Program-made: the position numbers and the translations under genes
NCBI RefSeq assembly: GCF_027568575.1
Contig: NZ_JANUVP010000001.1
Length of the DNA stretch: 24,000 nt
Direction: 5' to 3' (one strand)
Origin: Caldifermentibacillus hisashii
GTDB lineage: Bacteria > Bacillota > Bacilli > Bacillales > Caldibacillaceae
Notes under the pieces: model-generated
What the model saw: only the letters and a program-made list of their open reading frames with translations
Databases searched by the model: none
What the model was told of the DNA's origin: nothing
In this document: positions 18,575 to 24,000 of the stretch, one piece after another
Layout of the letters: every line of letters starts with the position of its first letter
Numbering within the stretch: position 1 is the stretch's first letter

Positions 18575-19141
18575 TTATTTCGTTTCATTTTCACTCTGGA
18601 ATGCAACCGTAACAGATGAATTACCCATTTCCTTTTTTACAATTTTAATAATCTCATTCGCTTTTGCTTTTGAAGGCTCTTCCCCTTTGACAGTAACTAG
18701 CACTTCAGATTCATCTGCTTGAACAAGTGCATCTTCATAACCTAATGTTTGAATAATTAAGTTTTCGATAAACGCCTCTTTTTCGGCAATTTTTTGAAGG
18801 CGATTCATTTCATCTTTTGCTTCACTTCTTTCCTCTGCTGAAAGATCAGTAGAGCCGGCCACTTCCTCCAATTGTTCTAATTTTTTGCTCCGCTCATCTT
18901 GCATTTGCAAGCGAATTTCTTCAAACACTTCATTTTTTGCATCCGTAATCGTGGTATTTTTTGTGTCACTACTCTTTTCTTTTTCAGTCACTTTTTTACT
19001 ATCTGCTTTTTCTTCCTTGCTAACATCAACATTGGCAAGATTATTATTATTAGTTGGTTCCGCTGTTATATAATAAACGGATAACACAACAACCAAACTT
19101 AACATCGTTAATAACCAAACGGTTTGCTTTTTCAACATCAT
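18575..19141 (-). CDS. spoIIIAH: Stage III sporulation protein AH (forespore-mother cell channel component, YscJ/FliF-like)
   Basis: 188 aa. The N-terminus M(M)LKKQTVWLLTMLSLVVVLSVYYI is nearly identical to B. subtilis SpoIIIAH. A charged linker follows, then the C-terminal domain. It is the last gene of the spoIIIA cluster. SD GAGGAGGAG. Confidence 0.9.
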   Translation of the reverse strand: MMLKKQTVWLLTMLSLVVVLSVYYITAEPTNNNNLANVDVSKEEKADSKKVTEKEKSSDTKNTTITDAKNEVFEEIRLQMQDERSKKLEQLEEVAGSTDLSAEERSEAKDEMNRLQKIAEKEAFIENLIIQTLGYEDALVQADESEVLVTVKGEEPSKAKANEIIKIVKKEMGNSSVTVAFQSENETK

Positions 19142-19185
19142 TTCTTCTCCTCCTCATTGGTAGATTGATTTTTTCATGGTTTTTT

Positions 19186-19833
19186 TCATTTCTTAGACAG
19201 AACAGAGACACGATGACTTGGGACATCTAATGTTCTCATAACCGCTTCAATGATTGATTTTTTAACTTGAACATTTTCAGCGCCTTTTGCTACGATAAGG
19301 ACCCCTCGAATATCCGGCTTTTTCGTTTCAGAAATAAGCGGGACTTCCTTATCACCTTCCCGAACAATGACAATTTGTTCTTCTGCAGAATTATCTTCTA
19401 CTTCCCTTTTCCCTCCATTCGAATCAGTTTCACTCGTTATTTGCTTTTTATTGATCATATTTTTCTCATAAACTACTTTTTCTGTTGAATCCACGTTAAC
19501 AACAATGGAAACGTCATCAACTCCAACAATTGATTCGATTGCCTCTTTTAATTGATTTTCATAATATTCCTCATAGTCCTTCATTGTGGAGGGCTGGTTT
19601 TTGCCACTATTTCCAAATACTTCAGCGTTTTCTGCTTCCTTTGAATCCGATGTCACGGGTACTGGGTTTGAGGACTCGTTTCTCTGCGATGAGAAAAAAT
19701 TGCTAAATAACATAATCGCTATCCCGATAACGAAAACTATGATGATATAATGTTTTTTATCAAATTTTTGTGTGTCATCGTTTTTTTGAAACAATTTTTT
19801 TAGTATGGAAAAGGGGCCTTTGTCATTACTCAT
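19186..19833 (-). CDS. spoIIIAG: Stage III sporulation protein AG
   Basis: 215 aa. A single N-terminal TM segment (YIIIVFVIGIAIMLFSNFF) is followed by the conserved C-terminal ring-forming domain (P.IRGVLIVAKGAENVQVK..I.EAV...LDVP.HRV.V). The ATGA start overlaps the spoIIIAF stop. Confidence 0.88.
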   Translation of the reverse strand: MSNDKGPFSILKKLFQKNDDTQKFDKKHYIIIVFVIGIAIMLFSNFFSSQRNESSNPVPVTSDSKEAENAEVFGNSGKNQPSTMKDYEEYYENQLKEAIESIVGVDDVSIVVNVDSTEKVVYEKNMINKKQITSETDSNGGKREVEDNSAEEQIVIVREGDKEVPLISETKKPDIRGVLIVAKGAENVQVKKSIIEAVMRTLDVPSHRVSVLSKK

Positions 19834-20465
19834 CTTCCCACATTCCCCCTTTCAATCGTAATTTGAACAATGTCGCGATCTACCCCCCATTTTTTTGCAA
19901 GAAAACTGGCAATCGAATTCATATCCGCCTCATGAAAATCACTTTTTTGTTCACCTAATTGCACATTTACTTCCTCTACATTCATCACCGTTTGATCGGC
20001 TTCTTGTTTGTCTATTAATGTCACATGTATACTTTCAATGTTGTCAAGGATGTCCTCTATTGAATTTGTTAATCCGATTGTGTCTGATACGTTTAACTGA
20101 ATATGAGCAAATTGATAATCAAATTGTTTCATCAACTCCTTTTCCGTCATTTCTTCCAATTGGACAGCCGTTTGTTCTAAAATATATGCATGTTGATCTT
20201 TTTGTATTTCTATTTTCTGTTTTTCTATTGAATTTTCCAGTGATATTTTTTCCTCGCCCAGTTTTCCGGTTGCTCTGTTTAACAGATTGTCGATATCTAC
20301 TGAAAACAGTTTAAATACAGGTGTCAGAAAAATAATGATTAATAGTAATCCGAGTACCATTTTTACATATTTTTGCAACCCGGTTTGCGGCAATAACAAT
20401 TCAACAATGACGGCAAGTAAAATAAATAAAATAATATTTGTAATCCAACTTGTTAAAAATTCCAT
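19830..20465 (-). CDS. spoIIIAF: Stage III sporulation protein AF
   Basis: 211 aa. The N-terminus reads MEFLTSWITNIILFILLAVIVELLLP....KYVKMV.GLLLI..FL.P, giving two TM segments, followed by a soluble domain. Its position in the cluster fits. Confidence 0.88.
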   Translation of the reverse strand: MEFLTSWITNIILFILLAVIVELLLPQTGLQKYVKMVLGLLLIIIFLTPVFKLFSVDIDNLLNRATGKLGEEKISLENSIEKQKIEIQKDQHAYILEQTAVQLEEMTEKELMKQFDYQFAHIQLNVSDTIGLTNSIEDILDNIESIHVTLIDKQEADQTVMNVEEVNVQLGEQKSDFHEADMNSIASFLAKKWGVDRDIVQITIERGNVGR

Positions 20466-20477
20466 ACTTCCACCAGC

Positions 20478-21686
20478 CTATCGAACCATCATTGTAATAT
20501 TTCCGGCAACAACGATAACGGTTAAACTTAAAAAGAACATGATTGAAACAATGGCCAGGGCGGCAAATAAATAAATAACACTTTTTGAAATGATATCTAA
20601 ACAAGTAATAATCGGACCACCACCAAGCGGCTGTAAAAGTGCCGCAGAAAATTTATAGACAAATGCGATGATCAAAATTTTGACTGCAGGGAACAAGGTA
20701 AGTAATAGTAAAATGCCAACACCGGCAAGTCCGACCGTATTTTTCAACAGAACCGAAGCACTTATAACTGTATCTGTTGCATCGGAAACCATTCTGCCAA
20801 CAACAGGAATAAAATTACTCGTAACAAATTTGGTCGTTTTGATAGCAATTCCGTCCGCCACCGCTGTTGCCGAACCTTGAATGGATACAATGCTGAGAAA
20901 GACCGTCATAAATACGCCTAATAATCCGATGCTCCAATTGCGGAGGAGTCCGGCTAATTGAGTTGCCTTATATTGACTTGTTAATGTACTGACAATGCTT
21001 AACAAGACAGATAAAAATAATAACGGGAGGACGATCCTGTCAACAAAAAGACCACTTACATTCGTTAAGAACAGGATAACCGGATGAAAGAATCCCGCCG
21101 AAATCACACCACCGCCAGTCGCAATTAACGCTAAAAGAATGGGAATGAACGCTATTGTGAAATGAATCATATTTTGAATTGCACCGGATGCGTATTGAAC
21201 GGCTAAATGAAAACTGTTTAATGCGATAATCATTAACACCATAAAAACAATGGAATAAGCAATTTTAGAGACGGTTGTTGTTTCAAATGCATTTTGTAAT
21301 GATTGAAGCAACATGCTGAAAATCGTCAGCATAATTAATGTACCGATTAATTTGCCGTTAACGATCATCTCATGGAAGATAAATTTTAAAATGCCGATCG
21401 CCCACTCTTTAAAGGAAAATTCATTTACCTTATCTATGTAATCAGTAAAACTTTCCTTTTCTAACTCCGGTAAAAAGCCGCCATACTCATCAACAATTTG
21501 ATTCCAAAATGTTTCAACCTCACTGAAATCCATTCTTTCTATTTGTTCATTGACAAGCTCATTGGGGGTAGTCGGTTCTTCTGACGATTCCTTTTCTGCA
21601 TCCGTATTGGCAAAAGAAGTGCTTGTCCAAAGGAAAAATAATCCGATTCCAAATAGCAAGGATATCCATATCGATTTTTGCTTCAT
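20478..21686 (-). CDS. spoIIIAE: Stage III sporulation protein AE (polytopic membrane protein)
   Basis: 402 aa with a signal-like N-terminus (MKQKSIWISLLFGIGLFFLWTSTSFA) and then about 7-8 TM segments. Its position in the cluster fits. SD GAGGTGA. Confidence 0.9.
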   Translation of the reverse strand: MKQKSIWISLLFGIGLFFLWTSTSFANTDAEKESSEEPTTPNELVNEQIERMDFSEVETFWNQIVDEYGGFLPELEKESFTDYIDKVNEFSFKEWAIGILKFIFHEMIVNGKLIGTLIMLTIFSMLLQSLQNAFETTTVSKIAYSIVFMVLMIIALNSFHLAVQYASGAIQNMIHFTIAFIPILLALIATGGGVISAGFFHPVILFLTNVSGLFVDRIVLPLLFLSVLLSIVSTLTSQYKATQLAGLLRNWSIGLLGVFMTVFLSIVSIQGSATAVADGIAIKTTKFVTSNFIPVVGRMVSDATDTVISASVLLKNTVGLAGVGILLLLTLFPAVKILIIAFVYKFSAALLQPLGGGPIITCLDIISKSVIYLFAALAIVSIMFFLSLTVIVVAGNITMMVR

Positions 21687-21814
21687 CTTTTCACCTCAAT
21701 GTGTGAACAAACTGTATGCTTCATATGTTTGTACAGAAATAATTCTTTGGACTAATTTTCTGATTAAATCGAGCAACATAAGCAGTGAAACTTAGACATT
21801 GCCTTTTCAGTTCT

Positions 21815-22204
21815 TCACGATGGAATCATTTTTAAAATCATTTCAATTAAAACGGTAAGGATCGGTACAGCCATAGCCAAAATAACAATCTTCCCGGCCA
21901 TTTCAATTTTGGAAGCAAGTGAACCTTGTCCGGCATCCTTTGTTATTTGAGCTGCAAATTCAACGATATAGGCAATGCCGATAATTTTCAAAATCGTTTC
22001 AACATATACCGAATTCACTTTTGCTTGGATGGCGATCCTTTCAATCATTTGAATGATATTGAAAATTTGGTCAATCAAAAATAAGAAGATGATACAACCG
22101 GTAAAGATGATTAATAAAAAAGCAAAATTGGCTTTCTGCTCCTTGATCACTAAGGCAAGAAAAGTGGCTACCAAGCCGATTCCAATAATTTGAAGGATAT
22201 CAAT
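21815..22204 (-). CDS. spoIIIAD: Stage III sporulation protein AD (small polytopic membrane protein); start probably non-canonical
   Basis: The ORF track starts at TTG 22174 (MVATFLALVIKEQK...). The in-frame upstream codons encode IDILQIIGIG, which matches the conserved SpoIIIAD N-terminus (B. subtilis MQIDIVKIVGLGLVATFLALVIKEQK as I recall it). The only start-like codon with good SD spacing (AAAGGGGGGA + 6 nt) is ATT at 22204-22202. The conserved C-terminal part reads YVETILKIIGIAYI.EF.AQ.TKDAGQG..ASKIE.AGKI.IL.MAVPILT. Confidence 0.85.
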   Translation of the reverse strand: MDILQIIGIGLVATFLALVIKEQKANFAFLLIIFTGCIIFLFLIDQIFNIIQMIERIAIQAKVNSVYVETILKIIGIAYIVEFAAQITKDAGQGSLASKIEMAGKIVILAMAVPILTVLIEMILKMIPS

Positions 22205-22218
22205 CGACGATCCCCCCT

Positions 22219-22425
22219 TTAATTGTTAAACAAAAATACGGATTTAATTTTTTGAAACAACTCATTTACAATTGTGGCAACTTGAAACAATATATAAATA
22301 AAACCAAAAAGGGTCACCCATTGGGCATATTCTTTTTTTCCAACTTGATCTAAAATCGTGACTAAAAATGCGACAACAATTCCCACTCCTGCTATTTTGA
22401 AAATTATATCTACCTCGATGCCCAT
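22219..22425 (-). CDS. spoIIIAC: Stage III sporulation protein AC
   Basis: 68 aa. IFKIAGVGIVVAFL.TILDQ.GKKEYAQWVTL.GFIYILF.VATIV..LF.KIK.VFLF is almost identical to B. subtilis SpoIIIAC. Confidence 0.92.
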   Translation of the reverse strand: MGIEVDIIFKIAGVGIVVAFLVTILDQVGKKEYAQWVTLFGFIYILFQVATIVNELFQKIKSVFLFNN

Positions 22426-22445
22426 CGTTTTTCCTCCCTATTTCT

Positions 22446-22961
22446 TTACATCAGTAAAATAATGATGAATAATCCGGATAGGAAGCCTAAATTTTTAACC
22501 ATATTTCCATAAGATGCTTGTCTTTCTCTCGCTTCCACTTCTTCTCTCTCCAAATGAACAAGGGCCAATTGAATATGTTTTTGCTGCTGAACGCGATCAT
22601 GTTTTCCCAGTGTTTCACCAAATTGCAATAAAATTTCTAATTCATTTTTTTTCAAGTACGTTCGGTTCCAAATCGTCTTTAAACTTATTTCCCAAGCTTC
22701 TTTTGCTGTTATATCGCCTTGTAGTAATAGACTAGAAAAGTTCTCAAAAATCGTTTCAATCGGTTTACTCATTTGATTCGCAATTCTTCTTGAGGCATCA
22801 TGAAGCGGTGCATGACCATACATAATTTCTGCTTCTAAACTTTGCAGGGCAGATTTTAACATTCGCAATTGCCTTGTCCGCTCGGTAAATGCCTTTGAAG
22901 CCTCAAAGCCGATCCAACTTGTGGCAATCAAAATACAAATCGCTCCGACAATTTTCAACAT
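22446..22961 (-). CDS. spoIIIAB: Stage III sporulation protein AB
   Basis: 171 aa. MLKIVGAICILIATSWIGFE....TERTRQLR.L..ALQSLEAEIMYGH.PLH.AS..IA...FGETLG.HDR..QQKHI.LAL.HLE. TM segments at both the N- and C-terminus. It overlaps the spoIIIAA stop. Confidence 0.9.
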   Translation of the reverse strand: MLKIVGAICILIATSWIGFEASKAFTERTRQLRMLKSALQSLEAEIMYGHAPLHDASRRIANQMSKPIETIFENFSSLLLQGDITAKEAWEISLKTIWNRTYLKKNELEILLQFGETLGKHDRVQQQKHIQLALVHLEREEVEARERQASYGNMVKNLGFLSGLFIIILLM

Positions 22962-23884
22962 AGATGGCTCACTCGCCTAATGGGGATTTGATTTCCGCTT
23001 TCATCCTTGATGGCAGCCACATAACCCGGACCCTTTCCCCTCGTCAACTCAATATATCTTTCAAAGATTTTTTCCGATAAGATCGGTTTTAATGTCGGAC
23101 GATTCAATAAATCTTGATATGAATCTCCATGGGTGGTCATAATTAAACAGATTCCGGCATGGACGGCTTCCAGAATTGCCTCGGTGTCTTCTTTTCTACC
23201 GATTTCATCAACAATAAGGACATCGGGACTCATAGAACGGATCATCATCATCATCCCCTCCGCTTTCGGGCATGCATCTAATACATCAATTCTCACGCCA
23301 AAAGTAAGTTGTGGAATACCACCGACACTTCCTGCAATTTCACTACGCTCGTCAACGATTCCAACTTTTTTTGGTTCGATGTTGGCATCAGGCGACCCCA
23401 TTGAAATCATTCTTGCAAAATCACGAAGCAATGTTGTTTTTCCTGTTTGTGGCGGACCAATAATCATTGTGTTCTTCCAACCAGATCGATATATGTAAGG
23501 AATCCATCTTTCTGCAACGCCAATTTTTTCTTTGGCAATTCGAATATTGAATGAAGAGACATCGCGGATGGCTTTTACTTTCCCATTTTCAAGTATCACT
23601 CTGCCTGCGAGACCAATCCGGTGCCCGCCCTCTATCGTGATATACCCTCTTTTTAATTCCTCATCTAATGTATATAAGGAATGGTGACTAATATTATTAA
23701 GCAGTTGTTCTGCATCCCCCATTTGAGTGATATAAGGTAGGAAGATCGTATTTTGGTGAGCGGTTATCTCAATGGGGCGGTTAATTCGAATCCGTATCTC
23801 CTCGATATTTTCGAATATTTCATTTTGTAAGTTTTGAAATTGCTCCTGAATGATTTTAGGAAGATATGCCATGACTTTTTCCAT
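22955..23884 (-). CDS. spoIIIAA: Stage III sporulation protein AA (secretion-type AAA+ ATPase)
   Basis: EEIRIRINRP.E, Walker A IIGPPQTGKTTLLRD, Walker B VLIVDEIG and TTHG. The likely start is ATG 23884 (MEKVMAYLP), with SD AAGAGGT 7 nt upstream. The ORF-track TTG at 23902 precedes that SD. Confidence 0.93.
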   Translation of the reverse strand: MEKVMAYLPKIIQEQFQNLQNEIFENIEEIRIRINRPIEITAHQNTIFLPYITQMGDAEQLLNNISHHSLYTLDEELKRGYITIEGGHRIGLAGRVILENGKVKAIRDVSSFNIRIAKEKIGVAERWIPYIYRSGWKNTMIIGPPQTGKTTLLRDFARMISMGSPDANIEPKKVGIVDERSEIAGSVGGIPQLTFGVRIDVLDACPKAEGMMMMIRSMSPDVLIVDEIGRKEDTEAILEAVHAGICLIMTTHGDSYQDLLNRPTLKPILSEKIFERYIELTRGKGPGYVAAIKDESGNQIPIRRVSHLC

Positions 23885-23927
23885 AAAAATTACCTCTTTC
23901 AAAATTCTATTAGCTTCCTCTTATTAA

Positions 23928-23956
23928 AATGTATTGCACGTCCCTTTCAAGTATGA
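23928..23956 (-). promoter_or_regulatory. Candidate sigma-E promoter of the spoIIIA operon
   Basis: The minus strand reads TCATACT-14 nt-AATACATT. This fits the published sigma-E consensus ZHATAXX-14-CATACAHT perfectly at -35 and at 7 of 8 positions at -10. It lies about 45 nt upstream of the spoIIIAA ATG. spoIIIA is sigma-E dependent in B. subtilis. Confidence 0.55.
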
Positions 23957-24000
23957 CTAATTCCTAAGTTATTTAAGAAATCAGAGCGCCGGGGATTTTA

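Noticed and set aside
20203-20232. A sigma-E-like ATA-18 nt-ATACA arrangement inside spoIIIAF, as a counterpart of the B. subtilis internal spoIIIAG promoter. A second ATACA lies at 20026-20030.
   Set aside because: Both -10 candidates miss the flanking C and T of CATACAHT, and the -35 candidates are poor or absent. The spacing is at the edge of tolerance. Such partial matches are expected by chance in AT-rich coding sequence.
886-20604. Minus-strand alternative-frame or intergenic ORFs: 886..1221, 2694..2993, 9732..9917, 13632..13946 and 20401..20604.
   Set aside because: They overlap the bkdR, tlyA, xseA and spoIIIAE/AF reading frames out of frame, or run through promoter regions (2694..2993 and 886..1221). 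They have no SD and no recognisable domains. The overlapped genes are fully explained by conserved homologs.
207-23498. Roughly 30 plus-strand ORFs of 60-139 aa in the ORF track, i.e. every plus-strand entry except 3091..3330 (for example 207..425, 1860..2099, 5310..5585, 9695..10018, 10519..10827, 16018..16311, 19895..20314, 23133..23498).
   Set aside because: Each lies antisense to a strongly conserved minus-strand gene. Their compositions are low-complexity and rich in Phe, Ile, Leu and Ser, typical of the reverse complement of AT-rich coding sequence. None has a convincing SD or any family resemblance. They are shadow ORFs.
1-24000. A scan for CRISPR repeats, IS/transposase or integrase genes, long direct or inverted repeats, toxin-antitoxin pairs, restriction-modification or other defence cassettes, and rRNA/tRNA genes.
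   Set aside because: None was found by eye. Every ORF over 60 aa that is not a shadow ORF belongs to a conserved housekeeping or sporulation family in the expected syntenic order. The scan was visual, not computational, so short dispersed repeats could have been missed.

Overview
This is an AT-rich core-chromosome segment from an endospore-forming Bacillaceae genome. Gene content and order match the Bacillus subtilis region spoIIIAA-AH, accB, accC, yqhY, nusB, folD, xseA, xseB, ispA, dxs, yqxC, ahrC, recN, spoIVB, spo0A ... bkdR, bcd. I call 26 protein-coding genes. Twenty-five are on the minus strand and one small membrane-protein gene is on the plus strand. The leucine dehydrogenase gene at 1-798 runs off the window edge, so it is missing from the ORF track. 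Several ORF-track starts look too long because a TTG or GTG inside the Shine-Dalgarno sequence was used. I moved these to the start with proper SD spacing: spoIIIAA, accC, folD, xseA and spoIVB. spoIIIAD looks too short in the track. From the sequence I can also support a near-consensus sigma-54 -24/-12 promoter in front of the leucine dehydrogenase gene, a sigma-E-type promoter in front of spoIIIAA, several sigma-A-like promoters, a perfect 0A box in the spo0A control region, and six or seven intrinsic terminators that break the run into operons. I saw no rRNA, tRNA, CRISPR array, transposase, integrase, phage gene or defence-like cassette. I did not find a convincing novel system; this reads as an ordinary, highly conserved housekeeping and sporulation region. 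The observations most worth a second look are modest: (1) an array of five TTGCA repeats between bkdR and the sigma-54 promoter; (2) conserved SpoIIIAD N-terminal codons with no canonical start, implying an ATT start; (3) an unusual 128-bp spacer inside the spoIIIA operon; (4) an unexplained ~285-bp intergenic region between yqxC/tlyA and argR holding a palindrome, a hairpin and an 18-codon ORF. All functional calls rest on my recognition of protein families and motifs, not on any database search.
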